Shown: positions 29,601-40,053 of the stretch, piece by piece
Position numbering within the stretch: position 1 is the first letter of the stretch
Layout of the letters: every line of letters starts with the position of its first letter
Source of the DNA: an uncultured Verrucomicrobiae bacterium
GTDB taxonomy: Bacteria > Verrucomicrobiota > Verrucomicrobiia > Limisphaerales > Palsa-1400
Direction: 5' to 3'
NCBI GenBank assembly: GCA_963707025.1
Contig: CAVPOM010000006.1
Coordinates: forward strand, 96,001 to 160,000
Length of the DNA stretch: 64,000 nucleotides
Program-made: the position numbers and the translations under genes
Notes under the pieces: generated by a model
The model's input: the letters and a program-made list of their open reading frames with translations, nothing else
What the model was told of the DNA's origin: nothing
Database searches by the model: none

Positions 29601-30411
29601 GCACGGGGTGGCGACGGACTGGGAGGCGGTGGCCGGGCAGGTGGCGGCGCTGCAAAGGCGGATTGAGGAAATCGGGCCGGTCAACCTGGTGGCGATTGAG
29701 GAGTACGAGGAAACCGAACAGCGCCACCAGTTTTTGACGGCGCAAAACGACGATTTAACCCAGGCCAAAACGCAGTTGCTGGAGGTGATCCACCGCATCA
29801 ACACGCAGACGCGCCAGATGTTCCTGGAGACCTTCGAGAAAATCCGCGACAACTTCCGCGCCATGTTTGTGGAAGTTTTTGGCGGGGGCACGGCGGACCT
29901 GATTCTGGTGGACGAGGCGGACGTATTGGAATGCGGCATTGAAATTGTGGCGCGGCCGCCGGGCAAACAGTTGCAGAGCATTTCGCTGCTTTCCGGCGGC
30001 GAACAGACCATGGCGGCGGTGGCGCTGCTGTTTTCCATTTACCAGGTCAAGCCCAGCCCGTTTTGCGTGCTGGACGAATTGGACGCGCCGCTGGACGAGC
30101 CGAACATCAACCGTTTCATCCGGGTGTTGCAGCGCTTTCTGGTGCATTCGCAGTTCATCATCATCACCCACAGCAAGCGGACCATCGCCATGGCGGACGT
30201 GCTCTACGGAGTGACCATGCAGGAACAGGGCGTGAGCAAGATCGTGAGCGTGAAGTTCCACAAAGCCGACGAGGCCGCCGGCGAGCAAAAACTCCAGCCG
30301 CTGGAAGCGTCCGAACCCGGGAACGGGAACGGGAACGGCGCGCCCGCCGGGGCGGAGGCGGACAAGCCGGAGGCGCGCGAGGAGGCCAATGAGGTGGTGA
30401 TGGCGAAGTAA
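26638..30411 (+). CDS. smc: Chromosome segregation protein SMC
   Basis: GFKSF, GPNGCGKSN, coiled coils and hinge, LSGGEQ, VLDELDAPLD. Confidence 0.97.
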   Translation: MYLKNLTVLGFKSFAEKTSLSFQPGVTAIVGPNGCGKSNVSDAVRWVLGEQSARALRGGEMADVIFNGSDSRKPLSMAEVSLTIGGVDEEHLSAAGVEIAYNEVTLTRRVFRDGASEYYLNKTPCRLKDIQQLFMGTGVGRTSYSIMAQGNITQILSSKPEERRVIFEEAAGITKYKSQKKEALRKLEATEQNLLRVADLIREVKRQIGSLQRQAGKARRYKQLMLELQHLDTQLARHQFDLLQVEIQARQAQSEKARAEAESMAEKVMSREAEIGRRREQLSAREQAISQAQQHGMELKGEMDRHEHRIQFNEDRRKDWQGQNARATSDIAQAEERRLVAAEELAQAGGRLAASTAAVQAHQQAMQAKGEALQAVENQLRGAQEAVRQAQTESFSAAQQLSRARNEIVALDLQQEGNAARLEKLSAEKAQLEEERAGLAARLRQFSASVEAEILNAQAHRGTLEERQERLRAIQEELGRATQETEEWLRQQAENRSRLHLLEQLDAEREGFGAGALSALKNAGQELGVLADGMRAPEPHVAAVEAALGRHLQLVLTGSGESARQILDGLRAHKSGRASVAALDWQNGHGGTAAAVPAGMIPVLSVVEAEEAVRPLLQNLLGRTVIAPDLAAAGAAWRECGGAFDFVTPAGELLDRHGIFTGGCANGNGAGKAPASILGRKNEMAELRKAAAGLQEKVGQASRRKGALLSEQTQLQAGLHQAQTELRTQEVAIATRQGEYKALQNSARVLEQKIETVVYEIGSLAAQEKEGAGQRQTLAAQAAALEGREQQAQAGLSEWTAALENLRQQREAANALLTETKVALATEEQLCASFANQKRPLEERLVELGNLVEQRRREIQSFLERNRQAEAEIAESRQKIEAVRGQREEVNGRIAQLLEEKRAEEEEIAGADEALRGQRHLLTEMQEQRGALEVELAQKNMAAQNLRERAREKYQVNLDDIRSECITITLAEEGPPKVQTLTPEEMAAHGVATDWEAVAGQVAALQRRIEEIGPVNLVAIEEYEETEQRHQFLTAQNDDLTQAKTQLLEVIHRINTQTRQMFLETFEKIRDNFRAMFVEVFGGGTADLILVDEADVLECGIEIVARPPGKQLQSISLLSGGEQTMAAVALLFSIYQVKPSPFCVLDELDAPLDEPNINRFIRVLQRFLVHSQFIIITHSKRTIAMADVLYGVTMQEQGVSKIVSVKFHKADEAAGEQKLQPLEASEPGNGNGNGAPAGAEADKPEAREEANEVVMAK

Positions 30412-30448
30412 GGGGCGAGGCTGGGACATATTCCGAAGGCAGGCCAAG

Positions 30449-30874
30449 TTAATCCGCTTCTGCGATCTGCCCGGTTGGAGGCGGTGGAAGAAGCGGCGCA
30501 ACAGCCAGTTTCAGCCCGTGTGGCACAAAGACCTTGAAATCTTCTTGATTGACGGTTGCAGCTTCTGCTTGCGCCAACATCGCCGTTGCCGCAATGAGGC
30601 AGTCAAGCCGCGATCCGCGCCGCCGTCCGGTCTTGTTGAATAATTCCGCCGCCAATACCGCTTCCGGTTTGGCGAAGGGGATTATTCTCGACTGCAAAAC
30701 CGCTTCTGCCCTGGTAATTTCGAGAGGCGTCGCTGGACCGCTGAGGAATTCCGTCCATGCGATGGCGCTTGCGGCCAGAATTTGTCCGGCCGCAAGCCAA
30801 GCGTCCACATCCGATGCCTGGGGAGAACCCTTTACCAGCAGCCCTATCAGGTAATTCGTATCGAGATGAATCAT
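30449..30874 (-). CDS. vapC: PIN-domain toxin (VapC family)
   Basis: HLDTNYLI, WTEFLSG, DCLIAATA, TVNQEDF. Confidence 0.88.
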   Translation of the reverse strand: MIHLDTNYLIGLLVKGSPQASDVDAWLAAGQILAASAIAWTEFLSGPATPLEITRAEAVLQSRIIPFAKPEAVLAAELFNKTGRRRGSRLDCLIAATAMLAQAEAATVNQEDFKVFVPHGLKLAVAPLLPPPPTGQIAEAD

Positions 30875-31146
30875 GCCGGATGCCGGTCATCCGCCGCCAA
30901 CCGTTCCTCACGCACTTGGTTCAGATACCGTTCGGCTTGCACGGATGTCAGCCTTCCTTCCTCCTGCAGACGCCGCAACGCCTCGCGTGGCGTTGACTGC
31001 TCCGCGGCGGCGGGTTGGGCTGGGTTGGCCGGGCGCAACTCAACAACTCCATTGCCCTTGCGGATTTGGATTTGCTCCCCGGCCAGCGCCAGGTCCACTA
31101 ACCTGCCCAAGCCGGGTGTGGCTTCTTCAACCGTCAACGTTTTCAT
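30871..31146 (-). CDS. Phd-like antitoxin
   Basis: MKTLTVEEA...LGRLVDLALAGEQIQI; ATGA overlap with the toxin. Confidence 0.8.
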   Translation of the reverse strand: MKTLTVEEATPGLGRLVDLALAGEQIQIRKGNGVVELRPANPAQPAAAEQSTPREALRRLQEEGRLTSVQAERYLNQVREERLAADDRHPA

Positions 31147-31399
31147 GCAAGGAAGCTTACGTCAAACACGGGTGTTCGACAAGACCACACTGTCAGGGTT
31201 GATTCCAGCTTCCCGGCTGTATGCGCCCATGGGGGCGAATTCCATGCTCCTTGTGTCCACCGGCCGGAGCCGGCTGAACGCTCGCATCTTTTGCGAAACT
31301 TCGCCCCCAGCATCGCGCGTCTATATCTGTGTTCTCAAGAGAAAACCAGGTATTTCACCGAAACTTTTGAGAGTGGTGCAGTTGGGACTCGAAGCCCAT

Positions 31400-31714
31400 G
31401 CGGTCGAAGTTCGGTCGCTGTTCGGCGGCACCGGCATTGCCGGCATGGGCGGCGGCAGCACCACCGCGGCTCACTACTGCCAAATTGAGGTGATTCAAGG
31501 TTTTCTTCCCAACGTGCCGCATGAAGCGGAGGACGCTTTGCAGAAGGCGCTGGATAACCACGCGGTGCCAGCCGAGATCAACGCCGCCGTGGCCAGGGTG
31601 CGGGCGGCGCGCCAACAGAAACAAGCGGAGATGACCAAAGCCCAGTCCGATCTCCGCCCTGTGCTGACGCCAAAGCAGGCAGCGGTTTTGGTGGCGCGGG
31701 GCATGCTCGATTAG
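31400..31714 (+). pseudogene. Probable 5'-truncated helical protein gene fragment
   Basis: Protein-like tail EAEDALQKALD...AQSDLRPVLTPKQAAVLVARGMLD with no convincing start or signal peptide. Confidence 0.4.
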
Positions 31715-32937
31715 CTGGCCATCGCCCGGCCCGCAATCCAGCCTGTCGTCCAGGCGGCCTGGAAATTGAAGCCGCCGGTCAGGCCGTCAATGTCAAGCAG
31801 TTCGCCGGCGAAGTGGAGGCCGGGGGAGACGCGGCTTTCCATGGTTTTGAAATCCACCTGGTTGAGCCGCACCCCGCCGCAGGTGACGAATTCGTCCTTG
31901 TTCAGGCTCTGCCCGGTCACCGGCAGTTCGGTGCGGATGAGCTGCTGCACCAGGGCGTGCCCGGCGGCGCGGGACAAGCCGGACCAGCGCGTGTCCGGCG
32001 GAAGGCCGGCGGCGATGACCAGTTGCGCCCAGAGGCGGGCCGGCAACGGAGGCATCGGAGTATTGACAATCTTCCGGGCGCGCTGGGCCGCGGCCAGGGA
32101 GCGCAATTCCACCGCGATTTGTTCCGAGTCAAGATGAGGCAGCCAGTTGAGGTGCAGGGGAAAGCGGTAGCCCAGCCCCTGCAGCGTCCGCGCCCCCCAG
32201 GCGGACAGGCGGAGAATGACTGGCCCGCTCACCCCCCAGTGGGTCAGGAGGAGCGCGCCGCGCTCCCGCAGCCCCGTCTCCGGGATGGAGACGGCCACCG
32301 CTTCGACGGAGATGCCGGACAGGTCCCGCACCCAGGGCGTTGCAACATGAAAAGTGAAAAGCGACGGCACGGGCGGCTCCAGGGTGTGGCCGAGGGAGAC
32401 GGCCAGCGCCCCGCCCGCCGGCGCGCGGCATCCACCCGTGGCCAGCAGGAGGCGGTCGCAGGCCAGGGATTGGCCGTCCGCCAGGGCCAGATCAAAGCCG
32501 CCGCCGGCATTTTTTGAGGCGCGCGCCACCCCGCTGTTGGTCCGCAGCGCCACCCCGGCGTCCGCGGCGGCGCGGAGGAAGCAGTCAATAATTGTTTGTG
32601 AGGAATCGGTGGAGGGGAAGATGCGGCCGTCGCGTTCGGTTTTGAGTTTGACGCCGCGGGCCTCGAACCAGGCGGCGGTGTCGCGCGCCTGGAAAACCTG
32701 GTAGAGACCGAGCAAGGCCCGCCCGCCGCGCGGATAGCTCGCGGCCAGCTCGCGCGGGTCGAAGCAGGCATGGGTGACATTGCAGCGGCCCCCGCCGGAA
32801 ATGCGGACTTTGCCGAGGAACTGGGCCGAGCGTTCCAGCAGGGTGACGCGCGCGTCGGGTCGGGCTTCGGCGCAGGCGATGGCCGCGAAAAAACCGGCGG
32901 CGCCGCCGCCCACCACCACAATATGCCGGGAACTCAT
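31711..32937 (-). CDS. HI0933/YhiN-family flavoprotein
   Basis: GGGAAG, GKVRISGGGRCNVT, VTCGGV, GELLDIDGLTGGFNFQAAW. Confidence 0.93.
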   Translation of the reverse strand: MSSRHIVVVGGGAAGFFAAIACAEARPDARVTLLERSAQFLGKVRISGGGRCNVTHACFDPRELAASYPRGGRALLGLYQVFQARDTAAWFEARGVKLKTERDGRIFPSTDSSQTIIDCFLRAAADAGVALRTNSGVARASKNAGGGFDLALADGQSLACDRLLLATGGCRAPAGGALAVSLGHTLEPPVPSLFTFHVATPWVRDLSGISVEAVAVSIPETGLRERGALLLTHWGVSGPVILRLSAWGARTLQGLGYRFPLHLNWLPHLDSEQIAVELRSLAAAQRARKIVNTPMPPLPARLWAQLVIAAGLPPDTRWSGLSRAAGHALVQQLIRTELPVTGQSLNKDEFVTCGGVRLNQVDFKTMESRVSPGLHFAGELLDIDGLTGGFNFQAAWTTGWIAGRAMAS

Positions 32938-33030
32938 GGTTGGGATGCTATCAAAACCCGGGGGTTTTGACAGATTCATTCGGATTCAAATTTGGGCTGT
33001 CAAATTTGGGCTGGATTGCGCGAGGGGCGG

Positions 33031-34104
33031 ATGGCAGGCTGCGGGACGCTGACTGACCAAAACTTTTCCCCGCCGCCACCGCCGGCGCCACCGCATAAAA
33101 GGCGCGCGCGTTATGCCGGCAACCATCCGCGCCGTTTTGAGGAGAAATACAAGGAACACCAGCCCGCGCGCTACGCGGAAACAGTGGCCAAAGTGCTGGC
33201 CGCGGGCAAAACCCCGGCGGGAATGCATCGTCCGATCATGGTGGCGGAAATTCTGGCGGCGCTGGCGCCAAAACCTGGGGAGATCGCGGTGGATTGCACG
33301 CTGGGTTTCGGCGGACACGCCCAAGCCTTGCTGGCCCGTCTCCAGCCCGGCGGACGCCTGCTGGGACTGGACGTTGATCCGGTCGAGCTTCCCAAAGCGG
33401 AAGCCCGGTTGCGCGCCCTGGGGTTTGCGGAAGGTGTTTTCACGGCGCGGCGTCTTAATTTCGCCGGTCTGCCGCGGGCGCTGCTGGAGGCGGGCCTCAG
33501 CGGGGCGGACGTCATCCTGGCGGACCTGGGCGTCTCGTCCATGCAACTGGATGATCCGGGCCGCGGATTTTCAGTCAAAAATGAAGGGCCGCTCGACCTG
33601 CGGATGAATCCACAACACGGCCAGCCGGCGTCGGTTTTTTTGGAAGGCCTTGGTCCGGAAGCCCTGCAAAGGCTGCTGCGGGACAACGCGGACGAACCGC
33701 GCGCCGCCAACCTGGCCGCCGCCCTCGCCGGGAGAACTTTGGCCACCACCACCGCGCTGGCCAGGGCGGTGGCCGCCGCTCTGCCCCGCCTGCCCAGGGA
33801 GGATTGCGACCTGGCCATCCGCCGGGTCTTCCAGGCGTTGCGCATTGCGGTGAACGACGAATTTTCCGCGCTCGAAACCCTGTTGCGCCATCTCCCGGCC
33901 TGCCTGAAGGCGGGCGGGCGCGCCGCCGTGCTGGCCTTTCATTCCGGCGAAGACCGGCGTGTCAAGAAGGCCTTTGCGGCGGGCCGGCGGGACGGGGTTT
34001 ATGCGGAAATCTCCGGCGAAGTCGTGCGGCCGGGGCCGGAGGAGCGCCGGGCCAATCCCCGTTGCACTCCGGCCAAACTGCGCTGGGCGCGCAAGGCGGG
34101 TTAA
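33031..34104 (+). CDS. rsmH: 16S rRNA C1402 N4-methyltransferase RsmH (N-terminally extended type)
   Basis: HRPIM, DCTLGFGGH, DLGVSSMQLD, FQALRIAVNDE, FHSGEDRRVK; start uncertain. Confidence 0.9.
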   Translation: MAGCGTLTDQNFSPPPPPAPPHKRRARYAGNHPRRFEEKYKEHQPARYAETVAKVLAAGKTPAGMHRPIMVAEILAALAPKPGEIAVDCTLGFGGHAQALLARLQPGGRLLGLDVDPVELPKAEARLRALGFAEGVFTARRLNFAGLPRALLEAGLSGADVILADLGVSSMQLDDPGRGFSVKNEGPLDLRMNPQHGQPASVFLEGLGPEALQRLLRDNADEPRAANLAAALAGRTLATTTALARAVAAALPRLPREDCDLAIRRVFQALRIAVNDEFSALETLLRHLPACLKAGGRAAVLAFHSGEDRRVKKAFAAGRRDGVYAEISGEVVRPGPEERRANPRCTPAKLRWARKAG

Positions 34105-34677
<573 letters not shown>

Positions 34678-34787
34678 GAAGACTTGAGGATGGCGGATGG
34701 CGGATTAAGCCCCGAACAGGGCACGCCACCCTTTACATTTTACATTTAGCATTTTGCATTCCAGCCCGCTTGGCCTATAACCAGCGC

Positions 34788-35711
34788 GTGACCGGCGTTT
34801 CCTTGGAGTGCATCAATGCGAGCACGCGCTATTGCGCGGTGTTGGGGCATCCGGTCGGCCATTCCGCCTCGCCCGCCATGCAGAACGCGGGCCTGGGGGC
34901 GCTGGGTCTCAATTGGCGCTATCTGGCTTTCGAGGTCCACCCCCGGGATTTGCGCGCCGCCCTGGCGGGGGCCAAAGCGATGAAGTGGATCGGCCTCAAC
35001 CTCACCGTTCCCCACAAGACCGCCGCGCTGGAAATGGTGGATGTCGTCCATGAAAAAGCCCGGCTCCCCGGCGCTGTCAACACGATTGTCTTTGAGACGC
35101 CCGGCCCCAAGGGCGATTGGATTCCGCTGGGCCAGGCGGCGGAGGGCGGGAGCAGCGAGGTGCGCAGCCACGGCTACAACACCGACGGGGATGGTTTGGC
35201 GCGCTCCCTCAAGGAAGATTTCCAATGGCCGGATTTGCGCGGGGCGTCGGTGCTTCTTTTGGGCGCGGGCGGAGCGGCTCGGGCCGCGGCCCTGCAACTG
35301 GCGGACGAAGGCATTGCCAGCCTGTTTCTGGTAAACCGAACCGGGGCCAAGGCCGAACAACTGGCCTGCGAACTGGGAGCCCGCTTCCCGGGAATCCACA
35401 TCAGCACGCGGTTGCCTGACGATCCGGTTGATTTGGTCCTCAACGCAACCTCCGTCGGCTTGAATGCAAACGACGCGCCGCCCTTGGCGGAAGACTGGCT
35501 GAAAGCGCGGCGTCCTCCCCGGGTGTATGACATGATCTATCGCCCCGCGGAAACGGCCTTGCTGCGCGCGGCCGGCCAGGCGGGCTGTCGGACGGCCAAC
35601 GGCCTGGGCATGTTGCTTTACCAGGGCGCGGCGGCGTTGGAATTGTGGTCGGGCCGGCCGGCGCCCGTGGCCGCGATGCGCGCCGCTTTGCAGCAAAACA
35701 TTTATGGCTGA
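34788..35711 (+). CDS. aroE: Shikimate dehydrogenase
   Basis: GHPVGHSASP, NLTVPHK, AVNT, NTDGDG, GAGGAARA, DMIYRP, GLGMLLYQG. Confidence 0.93.
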   Translation: MTGVSLECINASTRYCAVLGHPVGHSASPAMQNAGLGALGLNWRYLAFEVHPRDLRAALAGAKAMKWIGLNLTVPHKTAALEMVDVVHEKARLPGAVNTIVFETPGPKGDWIPLGQAAEGGSSEVRSHGYNTDGDGLARSLKEDFQWPDLRGASVLLLGAGGAARAAALQLADEGIASLFLVNRTGAKAEQLACELGARFPGIHISTRLPDDPVDLVLNATSVGLNANDAPPLAEDWLKARRPPRVYDMIYRPAETALLRAAGQAGCRTANGLGMLLYQGAAALELWSGRPAPVAAMRAALQQNIYG

Positions 35712-36816
35712 CCCCTCAATATGGAAGGCGTTGCCGTTTCATTTTTGGACGGTGACGGCGTTTGTCTTTGGCGCGGTGGTGGGAAGTTTCCTCAACGTCT
35801 GCATTCACCGGATGCCGCTGGGGGAAAGCATCATCAGCCCGCCGTCGCACTGTCCGCATTGCCGTTATTCCATCCCCTGGTATTTGAACATCCCTTTGTT
35901 CACCTGGTTGTGGCTGGGCGGACGATGCGCCCATTGCAAAGCGCCCATTTCCCCGCGTTATTTCGTGGTCGAACTGCTCACCGCCACGCTCTTCGCGGCT
36001 TGCTGGATAGAATTCGGCCGGATTTCCCCGCTGCTGCCGCTGGCTTATATGCTTCTCATCGCCGGCTTGATCGTTGGCTCTTTCATTGACCTGGCGCATC
36101 TGATCATTCCCGACCAAATCACTTACGGCGGCATGGTGGCCGGGCTGTTCTGTTCCTTTTTAGTGCCGCAGATGCACTTTGATTTTCCGGGGTTGACGCG
36201 TCTATCCGCTCCTGGAGCCGGCCTGGCGGACAGTTTCCTCGGCCTGGGCGTTGGGGCCGGCGTCATCTATGGCATCCTGCGCCTGGGAAAAATGTTTTTG
36301 GGCAGGCAAAAGGTGGATCTCCCGCCGGCCACCCGGATTCTCTTCACGGAAACGGGCGTGCAACTGCCCGGCGAGGAGATTGCCTACGAGGATTTGTTCT
36401 ATCGCAAGAGGGACGCGATCGAGTTGCAGGCCCGGCGCGTGGAACTGATTGACCGCTGCTATGCCAACAGCGCCGTGCAGTTGACCTCCGGCTGTTTGAA
36501 AATTGGCGGCGACACCTTCGATCCGGAGAAAGTCCTCTGCCTGGAAGTGGTGGCTGACCGCATCGTCCTGCCGCGCGAGGTGATGGGGCCGGCGGATGTG
36601 ACCTTTATGGCGGCCATCGGGGCGTTTTTGGGCTGGCCCGCGGTGTTTTTCTGCCTGGCCATCAGCTCGCTGCTCGGTTCCATTGTGGGCGGGACGGCGA
36701 TTGTTTTTAGAAAGCAGGACTGGTCCAGCCGGATTCCCTATGGTCCTTACATCGCGGTGGCGGCGGTGATCTGGATTTTTGGGGGATGCCAGTGGATGCG
36801 CGCGTTGTTGCCCTGA
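35704..36816 (+). CDS. pilD: Prepilin peptidase / N-methyltransferase
   Basis: GSFLNVCIHRMP, SHCPHC, CAHCK, ID...IPD, MGPADV, IPYGPYI. Confidence 0.92.
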   Translation: MADPSIWKALPFHFWTVTAFVFGAVVGSFLNVCIHRMPLGESIISPPSHCPHCRYSIPWYLNIPLFTWLWLGGRCAHCKAPISPRYFVVELLTATLFAACWIEFGRISPLLPLAYMLLIAGLIVGSFIDLAHLIIPDQITYGGMVAGLFCSFLVPQMHFDFPGLTRLSAPGAGLADSFLGLGVGAGVIYGILRLGKMFLGRQKVDLPPATRILFTETGVQLPGEEIAYEDLFYRKRDAIELQARRVELIDRCYANSAVQLTSGCLKIGGDTFDPEKVLCLEVVADRIVLPREVMGPADVTFMAAIGAFLGWPAVFFCLAISSLLGSIVGGTAIVFRKQDWSSRIPYGPYIAVAAVIWIFGGCQWMRALLP

Positions 36817-36890
36817 AAGGAGATCAAGTTTTATCCAAAAAAACTGTTGAACATGCGGAAAATGGTGTTTAATAGATCACGGTGTTGATT

Positions 36891-37310
36891 ATGCCAAACA
36901 AAACCAGCAACCCGCGCCGCAAAGCCACGCTCCAGGAATTGCGCGACCTGGACTTGGAGATCCTATTCATGGAGGGCGTGGTCCAGCGCGACCCCCGGTA
37001 TATTGAGGCGCTGCAAATCCTGGGCGACGACTACACCAAGCGCGACCGGTTCCAAGACGGCCTGCGCATGGACCAACGCCTGGCCCGTCTGTGCCCGCGC
37101 GATGCCATCGTCCATTACAATCTGGCTTGCAGCTACTCGTTGACGCAACAGTGCGATCTGGCGGCCGAGGCGCTGACCACCGCCATCAACCTCGGTTACC
37201 ATGATTTTGACCGGATGGCCAGGGACCCGGACCTCAAACATCTCCGGGAACACGCCGGGTATAAAAAAATCCAGGCCAAAATCCGCCGCATTCCCGTCAA
37301 GGAAACCTGA
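36891..37310 (+). CDS. TPR-containing hypothetical protein
   Basis: VHYNLACSYSL...AINLGY...DPDLKHLR; alternative GTG start at 36882. Confidence 0.8.
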   Translation: MPNKTSNPRRKATLQELRDLDLEILFMEGVVQRDPRYIEALQILGDDYTKRDRFQDGLRMDQRLARLCPRDAIVHYNLACSYSLTQQCDLAAEALTTAINLGYHDFDRMARDPDLKHLREHAGYKKIQAKIRRIPVKET

Positions 37311-37400
37311 TGGCGGAGCGCGTGCGCCGGCTCCCCTTCTCCCCGGATGGACAGGCGGTCCGGCCTTCCTGCCGCGGCGGTGGATGGCAATTGAGTCAAC

Positions 37401-38516
37401 ATGAACATTTCGCTGCACGGCCGCCGGCGCCATTGCCGCACGGTCACCTTCGACGCCGGCCGGAACACGGTGAGGCTGATCGAGCAACGGCGGCTGCCGC
37501 ACCGCTGGCAGATGGTGGCCCTGCGCGATTACCGGGCCACGGCCCGGGCCATCGCGCAAATGATGGTGCGCGGGGCCGGGGCCATCGGAGCGACGGCGGC
37601 CTACGGCCTGGCCCAGGGAGCGCGCGCTTTTCGCGGAACTGATCCGGCCAGGTTTTCCGCCCGCCTCCGGTTGGTTTATCAAACCCTCCGGGCCGCCCGC
37701 CCCACCGCGGTTGACCCGGTTAACGCCATGAACGCGGTCCTGCGCGCCCTGCGGGCGGGAGCCACCGTGGCGGAACAACAGGCGCTGGCCCTGGCCGCGG
37801 CGGAGGAATTTGCCAGCCAGGATGTGCGCCACTGCGCCGCCATCGGGCGGCACGGGGAAAAATTGATCCGGCCCGGCGCGAACATTCTGACCCATTGCAA
37901 CGCCGGCTGGCTGGCCTTTGTGGATATCGGCAGCGCCACGGCCCCGCTCTACGCCGCGCAACAAGCGGGGAAAAAATTCCAGGTCTATTGCGACGAAACC
38001 CGGCCGCGCTGCCAGGGGGCGACGCTCACCGCCTGGGAGCTGGCCGGGCAGAAGGTTCGCCACAAAATTATATGTGACAACGCCGCCGGCCACCTCATGC
38101 AGCGCGGCGAAATTGACCTGGTCATCGTCGGAGCCGACCGCGTGCTCGGGCGCACCGGCGAAGTCGCCAACAAAATTGGCACCTACACCCTGGCGGTCCT
38201 GGCCAAGCGGCACCACATTCCTTTCTATGTTGCCATCCCGCTTTCGACCCTGGACTGGAACCTGCGCTCCGGCCGGGCCATTCCCATTGAAGAGCGCGAC
38301 GAGAGGGAAGTCCTCGGCGCCTGGGGCGCGGCGCGGGGGCGCAGCGGCCCGGTTTACGTGCGCATCGCCAATCCATCCAGCGGCGCGCGCAATCCGGGCT
38401 TTGACGTGACGCCGCCGGAATTGATCACCGGGATCATTACGCCGGAGGGCATTTTCCGGCCGGGGGCGCTGTGGAAAAACCGCCGCCGCCTGGGGCGGTG
38501 CGGCCCCTCTGGCTGA
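37401..38516 (+). CDS. mtnA: Methylthioribose-1-phosphate isomerase
   Basis: MVRGAGAIG, RPTAV, LTHCNAG, DETRP, GADR, ANKIGTY, NPGFDVTP. Confidence 0.93.
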   Translation: MNISLHGRRRHCRTVTFDAGRNTVRLIEQRRLPHRWQMVALRDYRATARAIAQMMVRGAGAIGATAAYGLAQGARAFRGTDPARFSARLRLVYQTLRAARPTAVDPVNAMNAVLRALRAGATVAEQQALALAAAEEFASQDVRHCAAIGRHGEKLIRPGANILTHCNAGWLAFVDIGSATAPLYAAQQAGKKFQVYCDETRPRCQGATLTAWELAGQKVRHKIICDNAAGHLMQRGEIDLVIVGADRVLGRTGEVANKIGTYTLAVLAKRHHIPFYVAIPLSTLDWNLRSGRAIPIEERDEREVLGAWGAARGRSGPVYVRIANPSSGARNPGFDVTPPELITGIITPEGIFRPGALWKNRRRLGRCGPSG

Positions 38517-38574
38517 CCCTGCCTGGAGGAAGCGGCAGGGGCGGGGAGGGGGAGGGCACTGATAATGGCCCTTA

Positions 38575-38593
38575 TTTTGGCCCCGGATTTGCT
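38575..38593 (+). promoter_or_regulatory. Sigma-54 promoter of the PilN-O-P-secretin operon
   Basis: TTTTGGCCCCGGATTTGCT (GG-N10-GC); 18/19 identical to the site upstream of pilC. Confidence 0.75.
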
Positions 38594-38764
38594 GAGGAAA
38601 GTTGATGCTTGCATTTCCTGGAACAAATCGCATATAACAGGACGTGCCACATTACGCATGGCTGAACGACTTATAGGAATGCCTGTTTTTGATGCACATT
38701 TGAGCGTCGCTGGCCCATTTAGGAACAAGGGGATGGGGAGCATTTTGCCGTGAACTAGAAAAAT

Positions 38765-39448
38765 ATGCCGATCCGAATCAACCTGATGGCCGAAGCGCAA
38801 GCCCTGGAAGAGGCGCGCCGGCGCAATCCCGTCAAATTGGGCGTCTGGATTGCCGGGTTCTGCGTGGCCGTGGTGGTGCTGTGGATCGCCAAGGTGCAAA
38901 TGGACATTTATTTCGCCAGGCTGGACTTGAGCAATCTCAATGCGCAGTGGAAGGCGGCGGAGGAAAAATACAACAACGTCACCAACGAAGAGGCCCGCAT
39001 CACTGCCATCAAGGGTAAAATCGCCGCCTTGGACCATCTCCAGACCAACCGGTTTCTGTGGGGCCCGGTCCTCAACGCGCTGCAGCAGACCGTGGTGGAC
39101 CAGATCCAGGTGACGCATATTTGGGCCCTGCAAACCTATGAGCGGGAGGGGCCCAAAACCTACGGCGCCGGCGCCACCATGAAGACGGTGCCGGGGTCGG
39201 CGAATTTTGAAAGAGTGAAGTTGTCCATCGCGGGGAAGGACTACAGCCCGACGGCGGAGGGCTACAAGAAGTACGAGGATACCCTGAACCATTTTGATTT
39301 CTTCGCCAAAAGGCTGGGCGGGCGCGACGGCTTCACCATTGACGGCGCGCCCGGCCCGAGATTCCCCGACGGGCCGGGTTCGTCCCGGGAATTCCGCACC
39401 TTCACCCTGACCAACCAGTTTCCGGACATCCGGCGCACCGACAAATGA
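38765..39448 (+). CDS. PilN-like pilus/T2SS assembly protein
   Basis: IRINLM motif, single TM helix, coiled coil, W..VLNAL. Confidence 0.75.
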   Translation: MPIRINLMAEAQALEEARRRNPVKLGVWIAGFCVAVVVLWIAKVQMDIYFARLDLSNLNAQWKAAEEKYNNVTNEEARITAIKGKIAALDHLQTNRFLWGPVLNALQQTVVDQIQVTHIWALQTYEREGPKTYGAGATMKTVPGSANFERVKLSIAGKDYSPTAEGYKKYEDTLNHFDFFAKRLGGRDGFTIDGAPGPRFPDGPGSSREFRTFTLTNQFPDIRRTDK

Positions 39449-40053
39449 CCAAGATCAACAAAACGCAACGAGACCAGTTGATCGCCGTGGCCCTGGGCAC
39501 GGCGGCGGTCATCGCCTGCTTGTGGTACCTGGTCGTCCTGGCGCAAAACAAACAACTGGCGGCGGCCGACGCCAGTTGCGCCAAGATGAAAGCCAAGCTC
39601 AAGGACGCCGCCGCCGAGGTGAGCAAGGCCGATAAGATCGGGCTGGATCTGACCAACAACCTGGAGGATCTCAGGCGGCGCGAAGTGGATTTCGCCCCCG
39701 AGCACGAGCCTTTCTCCTGGATGATGGAGAAAATGCGCAACTTCCAACTGCCGTCCAATGAACTGCACCGCTACAAGAGCGTTTCCATCGCCGACATCAA
39801 ACCGCCGGAAATCACCGACAAAGGAGGAGTGATCGCGGGCTTTCCCTACAAGTGGGCCAAGTTTCATATCACCGGCGAGGGCTACTACCACGATTTTGGG
39901 AAATTTATCGCGGACTTTGAGAATGCCTTTCCTTACTTTCGCATCCAGGACCTGGATATTTCCGTCCCCGGCATCCGCAAGGACCTGGATATGCTGTCTT
40001 ACAGCTTCAACATCGTCACGCCCCAGGTCCCGGGCGCGGCGGAAACAAAATGA
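39445..40053 (+). CDS. PilO/GspM-like protein
   Basis: Single TM helix, coiled coil, GYYHDFGKFIADFEN; ATGA-coupled to the previous gene. Confidence 0.75.
   Translation: MTKINKTQRDQLIAVALGTAAVIACLWYLVVLAQNKQLAAADASCAKMKAKLKDAAAEVSKADKIGLDLTNNLEDLRRREVDFAPEHEPFSWMMEKMRNFQLPSNELHRYKSVSIADIKPPEITDKGGVIAGFPYKWAKFHITGEGYYHDFGKFIADFENAFPYFRIQDLDISVPGIRKDLDMLSYSFNIVTPQVPGAAETK

Noticed and set aside
30782..31714. 310-aa ORF on the plus strand
   Set aside because: Most of it is antisense to vapBC; only the last ~100 codons look protein-like.
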